Shown: one piece after another, positions 9,553-17,460 of the stretch
How positions within the stretch are numbered: the stretch's first letter is position 1
How the letters are laid out: each line of letters begins with the position of its first letter
Assembly (NCBI RefSeq): GCF_042660085.1
Contig: NZ_JBHSTI010000008.1
Span: forward strand, 1,020,001 to 1,052,000
Direction: 5' to 3'
Source: Longivirga aurantiaca
GTDB taxonomy: Bacteria; Actinomycetota; Actinomycetes; S36-B12; CAIYMF01
Length of the DNA stretch: 32,000 nt
Notes under the pieces: model-generated
The model's input: only the letters and a program-made list of their open reading frames with translations
Told to the model about the DNA's origin: nothing
Databases searched by the model: none
Made by a program: the position numbers and the translations under genes

Positions 9553-11019
9553 ATGCGCACGTACGAGGTCCGCACCTACGGGTGCCAGATGAACGTCCAC
9601 GACTCCGAGCGTCTCTCCGGCTTGCTCGAGGGCGCCGGCTACGTGCGCCCCGGCGAGGGCGAGCAGGCCGACGTCGTCGTGTTCAACACCTGCGCCGTGC
9701 GCGAGAACGCCGACAACCGCCTCTACGGCAACCTCGGCCACCTCAAGCCGATCAAGGACGCGCACCCCGGCATGCAGATCGCCGTCGGCGGCTGCATGGC
9801 GCAGAAGGACCGCGGCGAGGTCGTGCGCCGTGCTCCGTGGGTCGACGTCGTCTTCGGCACCCACAACATCGGCTCGCTCCCGGTGCTGCTCGAGCGCGCC
9901 CGGTCGCTCGAGGAGGCTCAGGTCGAGATCCTCGAGTCGCTCGAGGTGTTCCCGTCGACCCTGCCGACGCGACGCGAGTCGGCGTACGCCGCCTGGGTGT
10001 CGATCAGCGTCGGCTGCAACAACACCTGCACGTTCTGCATCGTGCCGTCGCTGCGCGGCAAGGAGAAGGACCGGCGACCGGGCGACATCCTCGCCGAGAT
10101 CGAGGCGCTCGTGGCCGAGGGCGTGTGCGAGGTGACGCTGCTCGGGCAGAACGTGAACGCGTACGGCGTCGAGTTCGGCGACCGCGCCGCATTCGCCAAG
10201 CTGCTGCGCGCGTGCGGCTCGATCGACGGGCTCGACCGCGTGCGGTTCACCTCGCCGCACCCCGCCGACTTCACGGACGACGTGATCGCCGCGATGGCCG
10301 AGACGCCGAACGTCATGCCGCAGCTGCACATGCCGCTGCAGAGCGGCAGCGACCGCCTGCTCAAGGCGATGCGCCGGTCGTACCGCAGCGAGAAGTACCT
10401 CGGCATCATCGAGCGCGTGCGCGCGGCGATGCCCGACGCCGCGATCACCACCGACATCATCGTCGGCTTCCCCGGCGAGACCGACGAGGACCACGAGGCC
10501 ACCCTCGAGGTCGCGCGTGCCGCGCGGTTCGCCTCCGCGTTCACGTTCCAGTACTCGCCGCGCCCGGGCACTCCGGCCGCGACGTACGACGACCAGGTGC
10601 CGCCCGAGGTCGTGAAGGAGCGCTACGCCTCGCTCGCGGCGCTCGTCGACGAGATCGCGTGGGACGAGAACAAGCAGCTCGTGGGCCGCTCGGTCGAGCT
10701 GCTCGTGGCCGAGGGGGAGGGGCGCAAGGACGGCGCGACCCTGCGCCTGTCGGGCCGCGCACCCGACAACCGCCTCGTGCACTTCGTGCCGGGCGCCGAC
10801 CTGCCGCGCCCGGGCGACATGGTGACCGCGCAGATCACCTACGCCGCGCCGCACCACCTGGTGAGCGACCTGCCCGCCACCGGCCTGCGCCGCACCCGCA
10901 GCGGCGACGCCTGGGCCGACCGCCAGAGCGCCGACTCCTGCGCCCCGCCGTCCACCCCCGGCACCCCGGGAGCCGGCGCCCCCGTCCTCCTCGGCCTCCC
11001 CACCCTCCCCCCAGCCTGA
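9553..11019 (+). CDS. miaB: tRNA-2-methylthio-N6-dimethylallyladenosine synthase
   Basis: N-terminus [19 protein letters not shown]; radical-SAM [11 protein letters not shown]; C-terminal TRAM region; Pro-rich actinobacterial tail. The track ORF from 9013 is an upstream run-on. Confidence 0.95.
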   Translation: MRTYEVRTYGCQMNVHDSERLSGLLEGAGYVRPGEGEQADVVVFNTCAVRENADNRLYGNLGHLKPIKDAHPGMQIAVGGCMAQKDRGEVVRRAPWVDVVFGTHNIGSLPVLLERARSLEEAQVEILESLEVFPSTLPTRRESAYAAWVSISVGCNNTCTFCIVPSLRGKEKDRRPGDILAEIEALVAEGVCEVTLLGQNVNAYGVEFGDRAAFAKLLRACGSIDGLDRVRFTSPHPADFTDDVIAAMAETPNVMPQLHMPLQSGSDRLLKAMRRSYRSEKYLGIIERVRAAMPDAAITTDIIVGFPGETDEDHEATLEVARAARFASAFTFQYSPRPGTPAATYDDQVPPEVVKERYASLAALVDEIAWDENKQLVGRSVELLVAEGEGRKDGATLRLSGRAPDNRLVHFVPGADLPRPGDMVTAQITYAAPHHLVSDLPATGLRRTRSGDAWADRQSADSCAPPSTPGTPGAGAPVLLGLPTLPPA

Positions 11020-11033
11020 GTTCTCGGCCCTGA

Positions 11034-11085
11034 GGGTCGATCACGGCAGTTGAACCGCAGTCGTTGACCCGTGCTCGTGATCGTG
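11034..11085 (+). repeat. 52-nt conserved element E1, 15 nt downstream of the miaB stop
   Basis: gggtcgatcacggcagttgaaccgcagtcgttgacccgtgctcgtgatcgtg is 46/52 identical, without gaps, to 14063-14114. Confidence 0.75.
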
Positions 11086-11264
11086 ACCGAGCGGGGAGGC
11101 CGCCTCAGACCCGCGCAGATCGGTACGGCGTGTCGCGGAACCGGGGCGTCGTCGTCGTACGTCGTAGGGGCACGGTCCGCCGGTGGTGCTGGGCGCAGCC
11201 CACCGGCGGGACCGGCCAACCTCGTCGCGTCGCCGCTCCGGACGCGTCCGCATAGGGTCGTCCA

Positions 11265-11963
11265 GTGATCACCGGCGCCGCCTTCGTCCCGAGCGCGCCG
11301 ATGCTCGTGCCCGTCGTCGCGCAGGGCGCGGCTGCGGACCTCGACGACATCCGCGCTGCCTCGCTCGACGCCGTACGCCGTGCCCTCGCCGCGCCGGCGC
11401 AGCGCGTCGTGATCGTCGGCGCGGGCACCGCCACGCGCACCCACTCCGCCGGCACGGCCTCGTTCCGCGGCTTCGGCGTGCCGTACGACGTACCCCTCGA
11501 CCCGGCCGCGCCCGGCGGTGATCCGCTCCCGCTCGCGCTGTCGGTCGGCGCGTGGCTGCTCGCGCAGGTCGGGTGGCCGGGGGAGCGGCTCGCGCTGGAG
11601 GTGGCGGCGACGGCCGACGACGACGAGCTCGACGACGCCGGTATCGCGCTCGCCCAGGGCGGCATCGCGACCGCGCTGCTCGTGGTGGCCGACGGCTCGG
11701 CCGCGCGCAGCGAGAGGGCGCCCGCCCACCTGCACCCGGGGGCTGAAGCGTTCGACGCATCCGTGGCCGCGGCGCTCAGCATCGGCGACCCCGGGCTGCT
11801 CGCCGCGATCGACCGGGCCGTGGCGCGCGAGGTGGCCGCGGCCGGACGCCCCGCCTGGCGTACGGCGGCCACCGCGCTGCATGGTCTGCGCTGGGATGCC
11901 GCGCTCCTCGCCGACACCGCACCGCTCGGCGTCGGCTACGTCGCTGCAGCCTGGACCCGTTGA
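11265..11963 (+). CDS. Conserved actinobacterial hypothetical protein (LigB / class III extradiol dioxygenase subunit B-like fold suspected)
   Basis: 232-aa Ala-rich ORF with GTG start and coding-like composition. It occupies the miaB-miaA interval, where a protein of this type is recalled in other actinobacteria. No catalytic motif was verified. Confidence 0.55.
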   Translation: MITGAAFVPSAPMLVPVVAQGAAADLDDIRAASLDAVRRALAAPAQRVVIVGAGTATRTHSAGTASFRGFGVPYDVPLDPAAPGGDPLPLALSVGAWLLAQVGWPGERLALEVAATADDDELDDAGIALAQGGIATALLVVADGSAARSERAPAHLHPGAEAFDASVAAALSIGDPGLLAAIDRAVAREVAAAGRPAWRTAATALHGLRWDAALLADTAPLGVGYVAAAWTR

Positions 11964-11990
11964 GCCGTCAGGGTTCTCGCGCTCAGGGCG

Positions 11991-12371
11991 TCACGGCGTT
12001 GGACTGGCGTGGGCGGCGATCACCCGCCAGCCCGAGTCGGGCGAGTGGATCCACGTCCGGGTGAAGCTGAGCCGGGCGGAGAACTCTGTGCCGTCGAAGG
12101 TGCCCTCCAGCGTGCCGCGGAACCACGTGACGCCCGTGCATCCCTCGACGAGGACGGTCAGGTCCTCCTCCGCGACCTTCGTCAGCACCTGTCGGCGCGT
12201 TCGTTGGAGCTCGAGGTCGTCGCTCTTGGAGTACCGGCCGCCGTTCGGCCCGCCCGTGTAGATGAGGCGGTCGTCGAGCAGGTCGTCGAGCGCGTCGGCG
12301 TCGCCGGCGAGCTGAGCGGCTTGCAGCCGACGCTCCGCACCGCGCAGCGCCTCGGCCATGTCGTCGGTCAT
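11991..12371 (-). CDS. DUF4440 / SnoaL-like (NTF2 fold) protein
   Basis: ATG 12371 is preceded by GGTGAGGA. The 126-aa product (LQAAQLAGDADALDDLLDDRLIYTGGPNGGRYSKSDDLE...WIHSPDSGWRVIAAHAS) fits the NTF2-like DUF4440 pattern. Confidence 0.65.
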   Translation of the reverse strand: MTDDMAEALRGAERRLQAAQLAGDADALDDLLDDRLIYTGGPNGGRYSKSDDLELQRTRRQVLTKVAEEDLTVLVEGCTGVTWFRGTLEGTFDGTEFSARLSFTRTWIHSPDSGWRVIAAHASPTP

Positions 12372-12480
12372 GTCGTCCTCACCCCCACATCGCCGCCACG
12401 GTCGACGGCAGAGCACCAGATGCCGATGATGCGCGACGGCGTCGGTCGCGCACCGGTGCTCCGCTTTCGGCGTACGACGC

Positions 12481-12519
12481 GACGACGCCGCAGCGTCCCG
12501 AGATCGCTGCGGCGTCGTC
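12481..12519 (-). terminator. Hairpin downstream of the antitoxin-like gene
   Basis: Perfect 15-bp stem GACGACGCCGCAGCG / CGCTGCGGCGTCGTC with a 9-nt loop, 45 nt beyond the stop at 12565. Confidence 0.6.
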
Positions 12520-12564
12520 GTCCCCCCTGAGGAGACCTGTGCTCGGCGGGTGACCGCCCGTGGA

Positions 12565-12996
12565 TCAGGTGGCGGCGGGCGGGTCGGACTTCAGGGCGTC
12601 GACGGCCTTCTCGGCCACGCCCTCGACCGCACCCGTGACGGAGTCGAGCTTGCCGCCGGTCTTGTCGCTGACGAACGCCGTCGCCGACGACACCGCGCCG
12701 GTGACCTTGTCGCCGTGCTGGTCGGCGAGGCCGGTGACGGCCTCCTTGGCCTGGCCGGCGAGCTCGCCCGCCTTGACCGCTGCGGTGCCGGCGGCGGCCT
12801 TGGCCTGCTCGGCGGCGGGGCCTGCCGCGGCCTTGGCCTGCTCGGCGACGCCCGAGGCCTTCTCCGCGATGGGGGCCGCGGCAGCTGTGGCCTTCTCGGC
12901 GAGCGGCGCGGCAGCCGCAGCCGCCGTGCTCGCGACGCCGGCGGCCTGGTCCTTGGCCTGGCCGAAGAGTCCCTTGAGGGTGTCCAGAAGTCCCAT
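12565..12996 (-). CDS. MT0933-like 'antitoxin' family small protein with Ala-rich repeats
   Basis: ATG 12996 is preceded by GGAGGA. The C-terminal DKVTGAVSSATAFVSDKTGGKLDSVTGAVEGVAEKA matches the kvd.avdka.d.v..kTGGK pattern of that family. There is an internal 33-bp duplication (AEQAKAAAGxA x2; 12796-12813 / 12829-12846). Confidence 0.65.
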   Translation of the reverse strand: MGLLDTLKGLFGQAKDQAAGVASTAAAAAAPLAEKATAAAAPIAEKASGVAEQAKAAAGPAAEQAKAAAGTAAVKAGELAGQAKEAVTGLADQHGDKVTGAVSSATAFVSDKTGGKLDSVTGAVEGVAEKAVDALKSDPPAAT

Positions 12997-13067
12997 GTCG
13001 ATCCTCCAGTGGTGTGGACGAGGGGAGGTCCGTCGACCTCCTCCGACCGTAAGGGAGGATGCGGGGC

Positions 13068-14009
13068 ATGGCCCCCGCTTCCGGCAATCCCGTCACGGTC
13101 GTGGCGGTGGTGGGGCCGACGGCGTCGGGGAAGTCCGACCTCGGGGTGGCGCTCGCGCAGTCCCTCGGGGGCGAGGTGGTCAACGCCGACTCCATGCAGG
13201 TCTACCGCGGCATGGATGTCGGTACGGCGAAGCTCACGCCGGCCGAGCGGCACGGCGTTCCGCACCACATGCTCGACCTCTGGGAGGTCACCGAGGTCGT
13301 GTCGGTGGCGGAGTACCAGAAGCTGGCGCGCTCGGTGGTCGACGGCCTGCTCGCGGCGTCGACCGTGCCCGTGGTGGTCGGCGGCTCCGGGCTCTACGTG
13401 CGCGCGCTGCTCGACGACCTCGAGTTCCCCGGCACCGATCCGGAGGTGCGGGCGCGGCTCGAGGCAGAGCTCGAGGCGGTCGGCCCGGACGCGCTGCACC
13501 AGCGGCTGGCCGAGGCCGACCCCGCGGCGGCGATGGCGATCCTCCCGACGAACGGGCGCCGCATCGTGCGCGCGCTCGAGGTCGTCGAGATCACCGGTCG
13601 TCCGTTCACGGCGTCCCTCCCGGAGGTGCGCGACGTCTACCCGAACGTGCAGATCGGCCTCGATGTGCCGCGCCCGGTGCTCGATGAGCGCATCGACGAG
13701 CGCGTCACGCGCATGTGGGCGGCCGGTCTCGTCGACGAGGTACGCCGGCTGCTCGACGTCGGCCTGCGCGACGGGCATACGGCGTCGCGCGCGCTCGGCT
13801 ACGCGCAGGTGATCCGGTTCCTCGACGGCGAGTGCAGCGAGGAGGAGGCGCTGATCGAGACCCAGCGCGCCACCCGCCGCTTCGCCCGCCGCCAGGACAC
13901 CTGGTTCCGCCGCGACGAGCGCGTGCACTGGCTGCCCTACGACGCCGACGACCTCCTGCCCCGCGCCCTCGCGGCCGCCCGCCCCCACGCGCACGACACC
14001 ACCCGCTGA
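13068..14009 (+). CDS. miaA: tRNA dimethylallyltransferase
   Basis: P-loop VVGPTASGKS, then NADSMQVYRGMDVGTAK. ATG 13068 lies 9 nt after GGGAGG; ATG 13059 (the track start) abuts the SD and is less likely. Confidence 0.95.
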   Translation: MAPASGNPVTVVAVVGPTASGKSDLGVALAQSLGGEVVNADSMQVYRGMDVGTAKLTPAERHGVPHHMLDLWEVTEVVSVAEYQKLARSVVDGLLAASTVPVVVGGSGLYVRALLDDLEFPGTDPEVRARLEAELEAVGPDALHQRLAEADPAAAMAILPTNGRRIVRALEVVEITGRPFTASLPEVRDVYPNVQIGLDVPRPVLDERIDERVTRMWAAGLVDEVRRLLDVGLRDGHTASRALGYAQVIRFLDGECSEEEALIETQRATRRFARRQDTWFRRDERVHWLPYDADDLLPRALAAARPHAHDTTR

Positions 14010-14062
14010 GGGCAGAGCGCGCCAGTCACGGGCGCGTTCCGTCCTCTACTGCTCGTCCCCTT

Positions 14063-14114
14063 GGGTCGATCCAGGCAGTTCAACTGCACTCGTTGACCCG
14101 TACTCGTGATCGTG
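14063..14114 (+). repeat. 52-nt conserved element E2, 54 nt downstream of the miaA stop
   Basis: gggtcgatccaggcagttcaactgcactcgttgacccgtactcgtgatcgtg is 46/52 identical to E1. It contains the 13-bp palindrome GCAGTTcAACTGC (14075-14087). Confidence 0.75.
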
Positions 14115-14202
14115 CTGCTGGTTTCGTGGCGGCGTCCGCCGGCGTCGGAGAAGCGGACAGGGCTCGCCCCTCACGGGACGTTCCCGTCCTTCGCAGACGA
14201 AC

Positions 14203-14979
14203 TCAGCCGCGGGGGCGGTGCACGTAGTACTCGGTGCCGAAGACCCTCGCGTAGACCGGTCGCGGCAGCTTGAGGAACACCGACAGCGTGCGCGGGCCGT
14301 CGTCGGCGGTGGCCTGCGACGCGTGCGCGGCCATCGACGCGCGCTTGACGTCGAGGAACCGGCGTACGTCGACGCGGTGCGTGATGTCGGCCGACGCCGT
14401 GAACGCGCGGTCGAACGACGTCGGGTCGAACTCGGGAGGGAACGGGTAGACCTTCGCCGCGGCCTTCACCGCGCGAGCCATGAGGTCGCGGGGCGCCGTC
14501 GCCTCGAAGAGCGACGCCGTGCCCGCGAGATCGGCCGCGAGCGCCCCGGCATCGTGCACGCGGATGTGGTCGGGGTGGCCGTAGCCGCCGTTGGCGTCGT
14601 ACGTGACCAGCACGTCGGCGCCCTCCTCGCGCAGCACCTCCGCAACAGCGGACGCCGCCTCCTCCAGCGGCGCCGCGCACCACGGCACCGCGCCCCCCGG
14701 CTGCTGCACCGCGTCGCCGTGCAGCCCGGAGTCGGCGTACGGCAGGCGCACCACCCGGTGCACGCCGAGCGCGGCGGCGGACCGGTCGAGCTCCGCCGAG
14801 CGCCGCGCGGCGAGACCGCCTGCCGCCATGTCGGACGACGCGAGCCCCTCCGCGCCATCGGTCGCGACGACCAGCACCACGCGCTGCCCCTCGGCCACGG
14901 CGCGCGCCATCGTCCCTGCGGTCAGCAGCGCCTCGTCATCGGGGTGCGCGTGCAGGAACACCAGCGTCTTCGCCCTCAC
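14203..14979 (-). CDS. PIG-L (LmbE-like) family deacetylase
   Basis: GTG 14979 lies 8 nt after GGGAGGA. AHPDDEAL and GYGHPDHIRVH are the metal-binding motifs of the family. Confidence 0.85.
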   Translation of the reverse strand: MRAKTLVFLHAHPDDEALLTAGTMARAVAEGQRVVLVVATDGAEGLASSDMAAGGLAARRSAELDRSAAALGVHRVVRLPYADSGLHGDAVQQPGGAVPWCAAPLEEAASAVAEVLREEGADVLVTYDANGGYGHPDHIRVHDAGALAADLAGTASLFEATAPRDLMARAVKAAAKVYPFPPEFDPTSFDRAFTASADITHRVDVRRFLDVKRASMAAHASQATADDGPRTLSVFLKLPRPVYARVFGTEYYVHRPRG

Positions 14980-15088
14980 GCGCCCGATCCTCCCAGATCC
15001 GCCGTACCCCGTTCGCGCCCGCCGTACGCCGCTCGCGCACCAGCACGCCGTCCGTCGACCGGCGCACGGCGCGGGTAGGGTCGCGCAC

Positions 15089-16240
15089 GTGCGGATCGTC
15101 CACATCTCCGACTGCTACCCGCCTCGGCTCGGTGGCATCGAGACCCAGGTGCGGGCGCTCGCCGTGCGCCAGGCGGCCGCCGGCCACGACGTCCACGTCA
15201 TCACCGCGACGCCCGGCGAGACGATCCGCAACGGCACCGAGATCCTCGACGGTGTCACGGTGCACCGCACCACGTTCAAGCTCCCCGCCGACCTCCCCGT
15301 GCACCCGCGCGTCACGAGCGTCATCGGCGACCTCCTGAAGCCCGGGGGAGCGGCGGCGGACGCCGATGCGGTGCACGTGCACGGCGGCGTCGTCTCGCCG
15401 TTCGCCTATCCGGGCATGCGCGTGGCCCGCAAGCTCGGGCTGCCCACGGTGCTCACGATCCACGGCGTCTGGGGCGGCGTGTTCCAGCCGACCGCGAGGC
15501 TCACCGAGGGCCTGCTCAAGTGGGCGCAGTGGGGCGTCGTCCTCAGCGCTGTGTCCGACGCCGCCGCCGACCCGATGCGCAGCGTCGTCGGCGCCGGTGT
15601 GCCTGTGAGCCTCATGCCCAACGGCATCGACGTCGACCACTGGCGCGTCCAGCCCGTCGCGGGCGACCCGAACGAGACGCGCCTCATCGCCGTCATGCGC
15701 CTCGCCCCGCGCAAGCGCGCGATGGCGCTCGTGCAGATGGCGCACGGCGCGAGCCGCATGCTGCCGAGCGGCAGGCGTCTGCGCCTCACGATCGTCGGCA
15801 GCGGCCCCATCACCGCGCAGGTGCAGAGGTACGTCGCCAAGCACGGGCTCACCGCCGGCCGGTTCGTCGTCGACCTGCCCGGACGCCTCGCGCCCGACCA
15901 GGTGAAGGCCGCGCTCGCGGCGTCCGACGCGTTCGTCGCACCGGCCAAGCTCGAGTCGTTCGGGATCGCGGCCCTCGAGGCGCGTACGGCGGGGCTTCCC
16001 GTCCTGGCGTACGCCTCCACCGGCATCCGCACGTTCGTGCACCACGAGGTCGAGGGCCTCCTCGCGCGCGACGACCGGCAGATGGTCGACAACATCTGCC
16101 GCATCGCGTCCGACGTCGCCCTGCGCGAGGCCATCACCGCGCACAACCGCAGCACCGAGCCGGCGCAGTCGTGGCCGCACGTGCTCGAGACCGCCGAGGC
16201 GCTGTACGCCGAGGCCGCGCAGCAGACCGCCCGCCCCTGA
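15089..16240 (+). CDS. Glycosyltransferase family 4 (GT-B, retaining)
   Basis: GTG 15089 gives (M)RIVHISDCYPPRLGGIE, a typical GT4 N-terminus. The C-terminal E-X7-E region is ESFGIAALEARTAGLPVLA. The track ORF from 14591 is a run-on. Confidence 0.85.
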   Translation: MRIVHISDCYPPRLGGIETQVRALAVRQAAAGHDVHVITATPGETIRNGTEILDGVTVHRTTFKLPADLPVHPRVTSVIGDLLKPGGAAADADAVHVHGGVVSPFAYPGMRVARKLGLPTVLTIHGVWGGVFQPTARLTEGLLKWAQWGVVLSAVSDAAADPMRSVVGAGVPVSLMPNGIDVDHWRVQPVAGDPNETRLIAVMRLAPRKRAMALVQMAHGASRMLPSGRRLRLTIVGSGPITAQVQRYVAKHGLTAGRFVVDLPGRLAPDQVKAALAASDAFVAPAKLESFGIAALEARTAGLPVLAYASTGIRTFVHHEVEGLLARDDRQMVDNICRIASDVALREAITAHNRSTEPAQSWPHVLETAEALYAEAAQQTARP

Positions 16241-16261
16241 CCGCGCCGTCCAGGTAGGTGC

Positions 16262-16423
16262 GCGGCGATTCCGTCGCAGAGCGCACGCTCGTTACCCGGG
16301 TAAGGAGGCACCCGCCTAGCTGAGCGGCGATTCCGTCGCAGAGCGCACGCTCGTTACCCAGGTAAGGAGGCACCCGCCTAGCTGAGCGGCGATTCCGTCG
16401 CAGAGCGCACGCTCGTTACCCAG
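16262..16423 (+). repeat. Array A: 62-bp tandem repeat, 2 full + 1 partial copy
   Basis: Unit: gcggcgattccgtcgcagagcgcacgctcgttaccc(g/a)ggtaaggaggcacccgcctagctga. Copies at 16262-16323 and 16324-16385 are 61/62 identical; a 38-bp partial copy lies at 16386-16423. Confidence 0.9.
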
Positions 16424-16462
16424 CTTCGCGGTCCGACCCCTGACCGGGCCGTCCAGGTCTCC

Positions 16463-16522
16463 GAGTTACTGCCCACATGGTCGCTGAAGACGACCTCTCC
16501 GCGACCATTCGGGCAGTAACTC
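16463..16522 (+). other. 60-nt composite hairpin just upstream of dapF
   Basis: GAGTTACTGCCC (16463-16474) pairs with GGGCAGTAACTC (16511-16522). An inner stem pairs ATGGTCGC (16477-16484) with GCGACCAT (16501-16508). The loop is 16 nt. The ATG of track ORF 16477 sits in the inner stem. Confidence 0.6.
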
Positions 16523-16575
16523 GCGGAACACCAGCGGGAGCGGACGGCGGGCGCGGCTCGACTACCATCGGCGGC

Positions 16576-17460
16576 GTGACCAGCCATGCCGCCGCGCTCG
16601 GCGAGCTCGAGGGCCTGGCTGTGCTCAAGGGGCACGGCACGGGCAACGACTTCGTGCTCGTGCCCGACGCCGACGGCGCCCACCCCCTCACGCCCGCGCA
16701 GGTGCGCGCGCTCGCCGACCGCCGCTTCGGCCTCGGAGCCGACGGCGTCCTGCGCGTCGCGCGCACGAAGGACAGCCCCGAGGTCGCCGACCAGGCCGCC
16801 GACGCAGAGTGGTTCATGGACTACCGCAACGGCGACGGCACCACCGCCGAGATGTGCGGCAACGGCGCGCGGGTGTTCGCCCGCTACCTCGTCGACTCCG
16901 GTCTCGAGAGCGGTACGTCGTTCAGCATCGCGACCAGAGGCGGCGCGCGAGCAGTCCGCATCGAGGGCGACGGCGACGTCACGATCGACATGGGCGTGGC
17001 GACCGGACCGCTGCTCCGCGCGATGCCGGTGGTCAGCGTCGGCCCGGAGTCGTGGAACGCCACCGCGGTCAACGTGCCCAACCCGCACGCCGTGGTCTTC
17101 CTCGAGGAGCCGGACGACCTCGACGCCCTCGACCTCACCCAGCCGCCGCAGGCCGGGCCGCCCGCGATGTTCCCCGACGGCGTCAACGTCGAGTTCGTCG
17201 TGCGCGTCGGCGCGCCGGACGAGCGGCACGTGCGGATGCGCGTGCACGAGCGCGGCGTCGGTGAGACTCTCAGCTGCGGCACCGGGGCGTGCGCCGTGAT
17301 GGTCGCGGCCGCAGGCCGTGACCAGGCTCCGGCTGAGGTCGCCTACACCGTCGACGTGCCCGGAGGAACAGTGGTCGTGACCCGTCGAGCCGACGAGCAC
17401 ATCGAGCTGCGCGGCCCTGCCGAGATCGTGGCCATCGCGACCATCACGTCCGCGCCGTGA
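16576..17460 (+). CDS. dapF: Diaminopimelate epimerase
   Basis: KGHGTGNDFVLVPD plus both catalytic Cys motifs (EMCGNGARVF and LSCGTGACAV). GTG 16576 gives the usual ~294-aa size and lies 7 nt after a TACCAT -10-like hexamer, so the mRNA may be leaderless. ATG 16477 (327 aa) is the alternative start. Confidence 0.9.
   Translation: MTSHAAALGELEGLAVLKGHGTGNDFVLVPDADGAHPLTPAQVRALADRRFGLGADGVLRVARTKDSPEVADQAADAEWFMDYRNGDGTTAEMCGNGARVFARYLVDSGLESGTSFSIATRGGARAVRIEGDGDVTIDMGVATGPLLRAMPVVSVGPESWNATAVNVPNPHAVVFLEEPDDLDALDLTQPPQAGPPAMFPDGVNVEFVVRVGAPDERHVRMRVHERGVGETLSCGTGACAVMVAAAGRDQAPAEVAYTVDVPGGTVVVTRRADEHIELRGPAEIVAIATITSAP

Noticed and set aside
16262-16423. The 62-bp arrays (here and at 27597-27785) read as CRISPR arrays.
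   Set aside because: The whole 62-bp unit repeats, so there are no unique spacers. There are only ~3 copies. No leader or cas genes are present.
16477-16575. ATG 16477 as the dapF start, giving a 33-aa N-terminal extension.
   Set aside because: The extension is low-complexity and would make DapF unusually long. The ATG is buried in a stable hairpin and has no SD. GTG 16576 gives a canonical length and sits behind a -10-like TACCAT. It is kept as the alternative, not excluded.
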